A stretch of DNA of 64,000 nt from an uncultured Eubacterium sp. (GCA_910586445.1 CAJUHV010000005.1:6108-70107); one strand, 5' to 3'; counted from the stretch's first letter, positions 18,229-26,712 are shown. Numbers and translations are program-made. The notes: a model not told the origin generated them from the sequence alone.

Positions 18229-18868
18229 ATATCCTCCCCTGCTCTACTTTTACTCCATACTTTTTAAGATCCACCCTGCCCCGTACGACCGTCACTCCGT
18301 CCGCCTCCAGCAGCTGCTGTTGGACACCTTCGCCGCCAAATGCAAATGCGCCTGCCAGCTCTCCTTTGGCATTCACAATGCGGTAGCATGGAATCGTATC
18401 CGGGTCTGGATTTTTATGCAGCGCATTGCCGACTGCCCTGGCCATTTTCTTATCTCCTGCCAGCTCTGCGATCTGCCCATAAGTAGCCACCCGGCCTTTT
18501 GGTATCTTTTTGACCGCCTCATAAATCCTTTTTGACGGGCTGTCAGTTACAAGGTCATAGCTTTCCGCGATCATGCGCTGTATATCTTCTTTAGGGATTG
18601 TCCCATCCAGGATCACGGTATTCCAATGCTCTTTATTCTGATGCCAGCCTGCCGTGACAGCGGCGTAGGTACTGCGCCAGAAATCCCTCCACGCAGGATC
18701 GGCCTTTACATTCAGATGGATACAGCCGTCTTTTTCATATGTCCACAGAAAAGCCTTTCTGCTCCCCTTCACCCTGACCAGCTGCCAGTTTGGATCATGA
18801 AACGGCGCGTCCTGATAAGTGCCCGCAAACGACAGTCCATATGCCAATGCTTCTTCTCTTGTCCTCAT
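18212..18868 (-). CDS. MmcQ/YjbR-like domain fused to an MGMT (O6-alkylguanine-DNA alkyltransferase) DNA-binding/active-site domain
   Basis: The N-terminal roughly 110 aa resembles the YjbR family (AFLWTYEKDGCIHLNVKADP...WHQNKEHWNTV). The C-terminus reads GRVATYGQIAELAG...AVGNALHKNP...IPCYRIV. GAGGT RBS. Its 3' end overlaps the FtsH-like start by 17 nt. Confidence 0.7.
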   Translation of the reverse strand: MRTREEALAYGLSFAGTYQDAPFHDPNWQLVRVKGSRKAFLWTYEKDGCIHLNVKADPAWRDFWRSTYAAVTAGWHQNKEHWNTVILDGTIPKEDIQRMIAESYDLVTDSPSKRIYEAVKKIPKGRVATYGQIAELAGDKKMARAVGNALHKNPDPDTIPCYRIVNAKGELAGAFAFGGEGVQQQLLEADGVTVVRGRVDLKKYGVKVEQGRIYAGEA

Positions 18869-19000
18869 GCCCTACCTCTTAATATATGGGGCTGCCGCAC
18901 TAAGAAAGATCTATACAAGATCCAGCAGAATCCGATTTGGAATGAAATCCATACCTTGTATATGTAATCTCTGCTGCGACAGCCCCGCTTATAGTAAAAT

Positions 19001-20554
19001 TTATGGTAAAATAACGGTAAATACTATGCTTTCATCGCTGCTGTGCGCCTGTATGCTGCCGCCGTGCAGCTGTACGATCTCTTTTGCAATTGCAAGCCCG
19101 AGCCCTGACCCGCCGGTTGCCGATGTGCGTGAAGAATCTACCCGGAAAAACTGCTCAAAGATATGTGACAGCTTTTCCGGCGGGATTGTCCTGCCATGAT
19201 TGCATACACGGATACGTGTCTCCTGTTCTTCCCTCTCCATAAAAACAGAAATCTCTGTACCCGGATAACTGTAGTTTACCGCATTGCGGATTAAATTATC
19301 AAATACACGCTGCAGTTTATCAGGATCACATGAAAACATAATATCCTGCTGTATCTCCAAATGCCAGCGCAGGCTTTTTTCCGCCAGCACCGGCTCAAAC
19401 TCACTGGCAATCTGCTCAAGCATACGGCTTAAATTTATCAGCTCCATCTCCAGCGTCAGCGCCGTCAGGTTAAACCGGGTAATGTCAAAAAACTCGTTGA
19501 TCAGATCCTCCAGCCTCTCCGCCTTATCCAATGCAATATGTGTATAACGCTCTCGCAGCGGCTCTGAGATCTGCTTTTCATCCTTTAGCAGCGTCAGATA
19601 ACCGATCACGCTTGTAAGCGGTGTTTTTAGGTCATGCGCCAGATAAACAATCAGGTCATTTTTCCGCTGCTCCGCCTCCTTTGCAATGATCGCATTGCGC
19701 AGTGCCTGCTCACGCACCAGATTTAACTCATCCTGCACATTGTGCATTGCTGCCGAAAGCTCAATCGGATCATCCGACGGATGCGCCAGCTTTTTTGAAG
19801 CCGCGATCACCTCATCCAGATACCGCAGCGGCTTTGCCAGATAATAATACGTCACTCCAACTATTATAGTAATGCTTAATGTAAAAAGCACGGGAATCAA
19901 ATTGTCCCATACCATATGTATGACCGGATACAAAAATTCACTGCCATACCATATGCGCCCCTGACAGACCAGCCAGGCAATGAATACCCCGCCATACAGT
20001 ATCACGATCAAAAGCATCATTGTAAAAAGATATTGGAACAGAAGCTGCCCTGCCATAGGACTTCGCTTTCTCCGGCTGTTATCTTTACTCTCATCTGTTT
20101 TTTTGCTTTTTACAGTAGACATTTTGGAAATTATATAGTTATTTATTTTTTCGAATAATCTGTTGTCTGATCGGCTGCCTAATTTGCTGTCTGATCTGTT
20201 ACTTAATGCGCGTTCCCCGCTGCTGTCTGATCGGCTGTTCAAGCTGCTGTCGCAGCTGCCGTCCGATTGATTGTATATCTTACTATATAAATCACGATCT
20301 AATTTTATATTTGATGTATTGTATAACCTGTTATTTGAATCATGATCCGGCTTTTCTTTTGATGGATCGTATAACCTGCCGTTTGAACCGCAGTCCGGCT
20401 TTGCTTTTGATGTACTGCATAAGCTGCCAGATGAATCGTAGTCCGGCTTTGCTTTTGATGTACTGTATAAGCTGCTGTATGAATCGTGATCTGTTGTTTT
20501 ATTTGCTGCATGATCTGTGCTGCTGTTTGATTGATTGTAAAATTTGTTTTTCAA
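19001..20554 (-). CDS. vanS: VanS-like sensor histidine kinase; the listed ORF carries a 144-aa Ser/Asp/Lys-rich repeat N-terminal extension (alternative start ATG at 20122)
   Basis: Two TM helices, then H-box AHDLKTPLTSVIGYL, N-box NLIRNAVNYS, G-box GGSGLGLAIAKEIV. Upstream start options are TTG at 20554 (AAGGAG 12 nt upstream) or ATG at 20122 (no clear RBS). Adjacent to an OmpR-type regulator. Confidence 0.75.
   Translation of the reverse strand: MKNKFYNQSNSSTDHAANKTTDHDSYSSLYSTSKAKPDYDSSGSLCSTSKAKPDCGSNGRLYDPSKEKPDHDSNNRLYNTSNIKLDRDLYSKIYNQSDGSCDSSLNSRSDSSGERALSNRSDSKLGSRSDNRLFEKINNYIISKMSTVKSKKTDESKDNSRRKRSPMAGQLLFQYLFTMMLLIVILYGGVFIAWLVCQGRIWYGSEFLYPVIHMVWDNLIPVLFTLSITIIVGVTYYYLAKPLRYLDEVIAASKKLAHPSDDPIELSAAMHNVQDELNLVREQALRNAIIAKEAEQRKNDLIVYLAHDLKTPLTSVIGYLTLLKDEKQISEPLRERYTHIALDKAERLEDLINEFFDITRFNLTALTLEMELINLSRMLEQIASEFEPVLAEKSLRWHLEIQQDIMFSCDPDKLQRVFDNLIRNAVNYSYPGTEISVFMEREEQETRIRVCNHGRTIPPEKLSHIFEQFFRVDSSRTSATGGSGLGLAIAKEIVQLHGGSIQAHSSDESIVFTVILP
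20309..20500. repeat. four diverged 48-bp tandem repeats (16-codon period) in the 5' part of the vanS ORF
   Basis: Units start at 20309, 20357, 20405 and 20453, each beginning tttgatg... Encodes repeats of the type DYDSSGSLCSTSKAKP. Confidence 0.85.
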
Positions 20555-20655
20555 TTTACTGCCAGGCTCCTTTTGTGCTTACGCTACAGTCTGATTTATG
20601 ATAATGCCCGCATGAAAATGCTCTATCCAGACAGAGCTTAAAATTGATCAGGACA

Positions 20656-21348
20656 TCATACTTCAATCGTATATCCCACGCCCCACACTGTCTTAATATA
20701 TTTCGGCTTTCTGGCAGGCTCATGCATTTTTTCCCTCAGCCTTGCTATATGCGTCATAACCGTATTGTTATTGTCCAGATACTGCTCACCCCAGACTGCC
20801 TCAAACAGCTCCTCGGAAGATACGACACTGCCGCGGTGTTCGCACAGATACCAGAGAATATTAAACTCAATCGGCGTCAGCATCAGCTCCGCACCGTTCA
20901 GCGTGCATTTATGGCTGCTTTTTGAAATAAAAAGCCCTTTTAAATCATACTCTCCTATTTGCGGCTGTTCTGCAGTATTATAGCGGGTATACCTGCGCAG
21001 CTGCGATTTGACCCTTGCCATCAGCTCTAATGGCTGAAACGGTTTTGTTATATAATCATCCGCACCTAAGGTAAGGCCCATGATCTTGTCCATTCCCTCG
21101 ACTTTTGCAGTCAGCATAATAATAGGAAACAAATATTTTTCCCTTATTTTCTGACAGAGCGTAAATCCATCCATATCCGGCAGCATGACATCTAAGATTG
21201 CCAGGCTTAACTCCGTACTTTCCACACACCGCAGCGCATCCAGTGCATTATAAAATTTATAAACCTCATAGCCGTCATTTTTTAAATAAACCTCTACCAG
21301 GTCTGCAATGGCGGTCTCATCATCTACAATCAGTATTCTCTTATTCAT
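20656..21348 (-). CDS. vanR: VanR-like OmpR-family response regulator
   Basis: REC (ILIVDDE...LDVMLPDMDG...LTAK) plus a winged-helix output (LTPIEFNILWYL...IKTVWGVGY). Start set at the ATG at 21348 (MNKRIL), which follows GGAGGAG. The listed 11-codon extension has no RBS. Confidence 0.85.
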   Translation of the reverse strand: MNKRILIVDDETAIADLVEVYLKNDGYEVYKFYNALDALRCVESTELSLAILDVMLPDMDGFTLCQKIREKYLFPIIMLTAKVEGMDKIMGLTLGADDYITKPFQPLELMARVKSQLRRYTRYNTAEQPQIGEYDLKGLFISKSSHKCTLNGAELMLTPIEFNILWYLCEHRGSVVSSEELFEAVWGEQYLDNNNTVMTHIARLREKMHEPARKPKYIKTVWGVGYTIEV

Positions 21349-21379
21349 CTGCTTTTGCTCCTCCATGGCCCTTCTAACC

Positions 21380-21407
21380 ATTATATATCATATACGCCCA
21401 TTGTAAA
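21380..21407 (-). promoter_or_regulatory. candidate sigmaA promoter for vanR
   Basis: Minus strand reads TTTACA (21402..21407), 16 nt, TATAAT (21380..21385), about 30 nt upstream of the vanR ATG. Confidence 0.45.
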
Positions 21408-21476
21408 GACTGCAAATACTTTATAAAATTTTAATATTTCCAAAACCCTTGAAAAATCAACGTTTTACGCAGATTG

Positions 21477-21503
21477 TTAGCACTCATTCGAAAAGAGTGC
21501 TGA
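21477..21503. promoter_or_regulatory. CIRCE-like inverted repeat (HrcA operator) upstream of htpG
   Basis: TTAGCACTC-N9-GAGTGCTGA, compared with the consensus TTAGCACTC-N9-GAGTGCTAA (one mismatch). Confidence 0.75.
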
Positions 21504-21510
21504 TTTTCTA

Positions 21511-21539
21511 TTGACTTTTTAATTTCAGAGTATTACTAT
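21511..21539 (+). promoter_or_regulatory. candidate htpG promoter
   Basis: TTGACT (21511..21516), 17 nt, TACTAT (21534..21539), 8 bp downstream of the CIRCE element. Confidence 0.4.
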
Positions 21540-21623
21540 TTCATCTAGAGCGGGTTTGAAAAATCATTTATTGAACATAATGAAACATTTCAAAATAAAG
21601 AATAAGAAAAGGAGTGCATATTC

Positions 21624-23744
21624 ATGGATAACAAACACGGTAATCTTTCCATTAACAGTGAAAATATTTTTCCTATTATCAAAAAATGGCTTTATTCAGA
21701 CCACGATATATTCTATCGTGAATTAATTTCTAATGGATGTGATGCCATTACTAAACTGAAAAAACTCGATATGATGGGAGAATACGCCTTTCCTGCTGAC
21801 TACAAGCCGCAGATCCAGGTCACGGTAAACCCTGACGAAAAGACCCTGTCTGTAACAGATAACGGCATAGGCATGACTGCCGAGGAAGTAGAAGAATATA
21901 TAAACCAGATTGCATTTTCTGGTGCAGCTGATTTCCTTGAAAAATACAAAGACAAAGCAAATGAAGACCAGATCATCGGCCATTTCGGACTCGGCTTTTA
22001 CTCTGCATTTATGGTTGCAGATCGGGTGACAATTGATACGCTTTCTTATAAAGACGGCGCATCCGCAGTCCACTGGTCATGCGACGGCGGCACGGAGTTT
22101 GATATGGCTGACGGCACGAAAGACAGCATAGGCACAACGATCACGCTTTACTTAAACGAAGACTGCCTTGAATTTGCAAATGAATACCGCGCAAGGGAAG
22201 TCATTGAAAAATACTGTGCATTTATGCCGATTCCGATTTATTTAAACAAAGCCAATGCCGAAACAGAATACGAGACAATCGATGCTGAGGACAAGCGCGA
22301 TGACGACACAGTAATAGAAACGATCATTGAAGAAGCAAAAACCGAAGAGCAGGAAAATGAAAACGGCGAAAAAGAAGTCGTAGAGGTATCTCCGCGCAAA
22401 GAAAAATTAAAGATCGTAAAGCGCCCGGTATCTTTAAATGATACAAATCCTCTGTGGGCTAAGACGCCGAAGGACTGCACAGATGAGGAATACAAGGAGT
22501 TTTACCGCAAGGTATTCCATGATTATAAGGAGCCTTTATTCTGGATTCATTTAAACATGGATTATCCATTTAATTTAAAGGGCATTTTATATTTCCCAAA
22601 AATCAATACAGAATACGATTCCATCGAAGGCACGATCAAACTATATAACAATCAGGTATTTATCGCAGACAATATTAAAGAAGTCATTCCTGAGTTTTTA
22701 ATGCTGCTAAAAGGTGTCATCGACTGCCCTGACCTGCCGCTGAACGTATCCAGAAGTGCGCTGCAGAACGACGGCTTTGTAAAAAAGATCTCCGAATACA
22801 TTACAAAGAAAGTAGCTGACAAGCTCTCCGGCATGTGCAAGACAGAAAAAGAAACTTATGAAAAATACTGGGATGATATCAGCCCGTTTATTAAATACGG
22901 CTGCCTGAGAGACGAAAAGTTCTGTGATAAGATCAACGACTATATCTTATTTAAAAACTTAGACCACAAATATCTGACACTGCTGGAATGCCTCAAGGCT
23001 GATGAAGATGAGGCTGAAAAAACAGATGAAGATGCAGCACAAAACAACGATGAAAAAATCGAAGTAGAAAATGCCGACGGCACATCTGCAACCGGCGACG
23101 ATGCCGATGACAGCGATGAAGCTGAAAAGGATACCCGCAAGATTATCTACTATGTAACAGACGAGCAGCAGCAGAGCCAGTACATCAATATGTTTAAGGA
23201 CGAGGGGATGGATGCTGTGATCCTCGACCACAACATTGATTCTTCCTTTATCACGCAGCTGGAGCGCCGCAACGAAAAATTCAAGTTTATGCGTATTGAT
23301 GCTGATGTAACAGAATCGTTGAAAGAAGATGTGCCGGAAGAAGAATTAAAAGAAGAAACAGATGCGCTCACAGAAACCTTCCGCAAAGCGCTGGGCAATG
23401 ACAAGCTGACTGTGAAGGTAGAAAAGCTGAAAAATGAAAACATCTCCTCTGTCATTACGCTGTCCGAAGAAGGAAGACGTATGCAGGATATGATGAAAAT
23501 GTACGCTATGGGCGGCATGGGCGGTATGGACCCATCCATGTTCGGCGGGGATATTTCCCTTACGCTCAACGCAAACAATGCACTTGTAAAATACATCTTT
23601 GAACACAAAGACTCCGAGCATGTGCCGACATTCTGCCAGCAGCTGTATGACCTTGCCATGATCAGCAATCAACCGCTTACTCCAGAAGCTATGACGAAAT
23701 TTATCGCAAGAAGCAATGAAATTATGATGCTGCTTGCTAAATAA
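21624..23744 (+). CDS. htpG: molecular chaperone HtpG (Hsp90 family)
   Basis: N-terminal GHKL ATPase signature (IFYRELISNGCDAITK, DNGIGMT, IGHFGLGFYSAFMVA). 706 aa. AAGGAG RBS. Confidence 0.92.
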   Translation: MDNKHGNLSINSENIFPIIKKWLYSDHDIFYRELISNGCDAITKLKKLDMMGEYAFPADYKPQIQVTVNPDEKTLSVTDNGIGMTAEEVEEYINQIAFSGAADFLEKYKDKANEDQIIGHFGLGFYSAFMVADRVTIDTLSYKDGASAVHWSCDGGTEFDMADGTKDSIGTTITLYLNEDCLEFANEYRAREVIEKYCAFMPIPIYLNKANAETEYETIDAEDKRDDDTVIETIIEEAKTEEQENENGEKEVVEVSPRKEKLKIVKRPVSLNDTNPLWAKTPKDCTDEEYKEFYRKVFHDYKEPLFWIHLNMDYPFNLKGILYFPKINTEYDSIEGTIKLYNNQVFIADNIKEVIPEFLMLLKGVIDCPDLPLNVSRSALQNDGFVKKISEYITKKVADKLSGMCKTEKETYEKYWDDISPFIKYGCLRDEKFCDKINDYILFKNLDHKYLTLLECLKADEDEAEKTDEDAAQNNDEKIEVENADGTSATGDDADDSDEAEKDTRKIIYYVTDEQQQSQYINMFKDEGMDAVILDHNIDSSFITQLERRNEKFKFMRIDADVTESLKEDVPEEELKEETDALTETFRKALGNDKLTVKVEKLKNENISSVITLSEEGRRMQDMMKMYAMGGMGGMDPSMFGGDISLTLNANNALVKYIFEHKDSEHVPTFCQQLYDLAMISNQPLTPEAMTKFIARSNEIMMLLAK

Positions 23745-23768
23745 ACTTTTTATAACAGTATTATAAAT

Positions 23769-23814
23769 AAACCATGCTGTCTGTTTTATTTCCCAGACAG
23801 CATGGTTTTTGTTT
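23769..23814. terminator. strong intrinsic terminator between convergent htpG and the GTPase-NYN gene
   Basis: AAACCATGCTGTCTG-N10-CAGACAGCATGGTTT (15-bp perfect arms) followed by TTGTTT. Confidence 0.8.
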
Positions 23815-23835
23815 AAAGTAAAAGTCCCCGACATC

Positions 23836-26712
23836 CTAGACTTTTACACTCTTCTTCCCTTTCTTTTTCTCAAATGCCTCCGCAAACGGCATATTCATCC
23901 CCTGAGGCGGCTGTTCCAGATATTCCTTCTTTATCTTCGTATTTTCCCAGTGCACTTCCTCTTCCAGCTCCCTTGCAGACACCAGCCGGCACCCCTGCCC
24001 ATGTATAATAATCTGCTCCAGCCTGTCGGATGTCGCCACTGTCACCTTGTATTTCCTTCCATATTCATGAGAAAAACGTTCGATATACTGATCCGCTGTC
24101 TCTGCTTCTTTCGTAAATACGACATGTATGTTGTGATAATCATAATACTCCGTCTGATGCCCCACGACCCGGTAGGCATCAAACACTACAATCAGGCTGC
24201 ATTTTTTTAATGCCTGATAGTTGCACATAATATCAAGCAGGCGTCCTCTTGCCCCGTCAATATTGTCTTTTGCAAGATCACTCAGCTCTTTCCATGCAAA
24301 TATAATATTGTATCCATCTACCAGAAAATATTCCTGCTGGTTCTGCTGCTTCCTGCCAGCATCCTGCCTGTTTTTTCTGCCCTTTAAAGCTGTTTGATAA
24401 TCCTGCTCTTCCTGCGTCTTATCCCCCTGCTCTGTTTCCATCTTCTGCGCTGACAGATCCTGCCCGGCATTATCATCCCGGTTTGTGCCGCTGCCCTGCT
24501 CTTTCGTGCCGTAGGTTCTTTTTTTACGATGTGCACCGTTTTTCCTGGGCGTACTTTTGTCCCGTTTATTTGCCAGATAAGTACTGGCGATAATCTTGTC
24601 CACTTCCTCTGTGCCGATATTTACATTACGCACCGAGGCATGTTTTTTCAGCTTCTCTGCCTCTTCTAACAGGCGGGTTTCCTCCGACTTTGGAACAGAC
24701 AATGCACTTTCTAAGTGCATATAGTCTTTGACCTCATACCATTCTACCAAAAATCCTGCTCCATGCGCACAGAAAACAGACGCGGACGGATTCTCCAGAT
24801 CTGCGGATGGATCATAGCCAATGCGTGCAAGCACCTCCTGTGTATTATGGCACGGGGCATAGCCTCTAAACGTACACTGAAGCGTGCCGATTCCTTTTGT
24901 ATATTCTGTTACCTCTTTCTGGTAGCCCCGCATCGTTACTACCGGCGCACTCCCAGTCAGTACGGACATCCCGTTTTCAATCGCAGGCAGTCCAAGCCTG
25001 CCGTGCATATTTTCAATATCAGTCATCGCCCTGCCGACCATCCGCTCCGGCAGCTCCAGATAAAAGTCATAATAAGGCTCAAGCAGCACGTTCTGTGCCT
25101 GCATCAGTCCCTGCCTCACTGCACGGTAAGTAGCCTGACGGAAATCACCGCCCTCGGTATGCTTTAAATGGGCACGTCCTGTCATCAGCGTTATTTTCAT
25201 ATCCGTAAGCACAGATCCGGTAAGAACTCCCTTATGTTCCCGTTCTTTTAAATGCGTCAGAATCAGCCGCTGCCAGTTTCTGTCCAGGATATCTTCACTG
25301 CAGGCAGAAGCAAACTGCATGCCGCTGCCTTCCTCCCCCGGTTCCAGCAGCAGGTGGACTTCCGCATAATGGCGCAGCGGCTCAAAATGTCCGACGCCTT
25401 CTGCCTGATCACTGATCGTTTCTTTATATACGATATTTCCGGCGCCAAATTCTACTACAGTATCAAATCTATTCTTGATCATGCTGGCCAGTATTTCCAG
25501 CTGCACTTCTCCCATCAGCTGCACCTGAATCTCCTGCAGCTGTTCATTCCATACGATATGCAGCTGCGGTTCCTCCTCCTCCAGCTGCCGCAGCTTTGGC
25601 AGCATGACAGCGGCATCCATACCTTCCGTCAGTATGACCTGATACGTCAATACCGGCTCCAGCAGCGGCATGCCGGAATCCGGCTCTATTCCCAGCCCGT
25701 CACCGGGCTTTGTATGCGTCAGCCCTGTCACTGCACAGACTGTACCAGACGGCGCTTCATTGACCGCTTCATATTTTGCACCAGAATAAATGCGTATCTG
25801 ATTGACTTTTTCTTCCCATGTGCCTTCTCCCGTCTCTGCCGGATCATTGGCAGCAGATAAGATTTTTCCTGACAAGGCAGTGCGTACTTTTAAAACGCCC
25901 CCGGTAATTTTCATATAAGTCAGCCGGTTTCCCTGCTCGTCCCTTGCGATCTTAAATACTTTTGCGGCAAATTCTTTCGGATACTGCGGAGTCTGCATAT
26001 ACCTATAAAATCCGTCCAGAAACGCCTCTATTCCCTGCTGCTTTAATGCAGAGCCAAAAAAACATGGAAAGCACAGCCTTTCACGGATCATATTACTGAT
26101 ACATGACTGGTCTATCATCCCCTGATCCAGGTACTGTTCCATAGCCGTCTCGCTGCACATCGCAAGCGCATCATAAAATGCCTCGCTGCCCTGCTCTGTA
26201 AAATCTACGCAGCTGTCGCTTAACCGCTCTTGAAGCTGCGTCAAAAGTGCCTCTTTGTCTGTTCCGTTTTGATCCATTTTATTTATGAACAAAAAAACCG
26301 GAATCTGATACCGGTTCAATAGTCTCCACAATGTCTGTGTATGTCCCTGTATGCCGTCTGCTCCATTGATCAGTAAAACCGCATAATCCAAAACCTGCAG
26401 GGTACGTTCCATTTCTGCCGAAAAGTCTACATGCCCCGGCGTATCCAGCAGTGTAATCTTTAGATCCTTCCACTCAAACAATGCCTGCTTGGAAAATATA
26501 GTAATTCCTCTTGCACGTTCCAGCTCATATGTATCTAAAAAGGCATCCTGATTGTCTACGCGCCCCGGCTTTCGGATCTTTCCGCTTGTATACAGCATTG
26601 CCTCAGACAATGTCGTCTTTCCGGCATCTACATGTGCCAGCAGCGCAATGCTGACATGCCTTGATTTATTGGATAATTTATTTTTAGACGTATCTTCCGT
26701 CGTATCCTGCAT
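23836..26712 (-). CDS. TetM/EF-G-like translational GTPase fused through a charged linker to a C-terminal YacP/Rae1-type NYN ribonuclease domain
   Basis: G1 AHVDAGKTT, G3 DTPGH, G4 NKMD, followed by EF-G-like domains II-V. After an ~80-aa K/R/Q/E-rich linker, the last ~164 aa (about 23839..24330) read LVDGYNIIF...VVFDAY...VVFTKEAETADQYIE...VATSDRLEQ...GQG...SARELEEEV. This is collinear with B. subtilis YacP as recalled. Start set at the ATG at 26712, which follows GGAAGGGA. Confidence 0.8.
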   Translation of the reverse strand: MQDTTEDTSKNKLSNKSRHVSIALLAHVDAGKTTLSEAMLYTSGKIRKPGRVDNQDAFLDTYELERARGITIFSKQALFEWKDLKITLLDTPGHVDFSAEMERTLQVLDYAVLLINGADGIQGHTQTLWRLLNRYQIPVFLFINKMDQNGTDKEALLTQLQERLSDSCVDFTEQGSEAFYDALAMCSETAMEQYLDQGMIDQSCISNMIRERLCFPCFFGSALKQQGIEAFLDGFYRYMQTPQYPKEFAAKVFKIARDEQGNRLTYMKITGGVLKVRTALSGKILSAANDPAETGEGTWEEKVNQIRIYSGAKYEAVNEAPSGTVCAVTGLTHTKPGDGLGIEPDSGMPLLEPVLTYQVILTEGMDAAVMLPKLRQLEEEEPQLHIVWNEQLQEIQVQLMGEVQLEILASMIKNRFDTVVEFGAGNIVYKETISDQAEGVGHFEPLRHYAEVHLLLEPGEEGSGMQFASACSEDILDRNWQRLILTHLKEREHKGVLTGSVLTDMKITLMTGRAHLKHTEGGDFRQATYRAVRQGLMQAQNVLLEPYYDFYLELPERMVGRAMTDIENMHGRLGLPAIENGMSVLTGSAPVVTMRGYQKEVTEYTKGIGTLQCTFRGYAPCHNTQEVLARIGYDPSADLENPSASVFCAHGAGFLVEWYEVKDYMHLESALSVPKSEETRLLEEAEKLKKHASVRNVNIGTEEVDKIIASTYLANKRDKSTPRKNGAHRKKRTYGTKEQGSGTNRDDNAGQDLSAQKMETEQGDKTQEEQDYQTALKGRKNRQDAGRKQQNQQEYFLVDGYNIIFAWKELSDLAKDNIDGARGRLLDIMCNYQALKKCSLIVVFDAYRVVGHQTEYYDYHNIHVVFTKEAETADQYIERFSHEYGRKYKVTVATSDRLEQIIIHGQGCRLVSARELEEEVHWENTKIKKEYLEQPPQGMNMPFAEAFEKKKGKKSVKV

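Noticed and set aside
18869-19000. GATCTATACAAGATC mini-palindrome and distant complementary GGGGCTG/CAGCCCC segments between vanS and the YjbR-MGMT gene
   Set aside because: The arms are short (5 to 7 bp). The partial resemblance to the BlaI-promoter palindrome (ATCTATA..CAAGAT) may be coincidental. The evidence is not strong enough to call a terminator or an operator.
20206-20601. 131-aa plus-strand ORF and 68-aa minus-strand alternative-frame ORF within the vanS 5' repeats
   Set aside because: Tandem repeats lacking stop codons generate open frames in several phases. None has translation signals.
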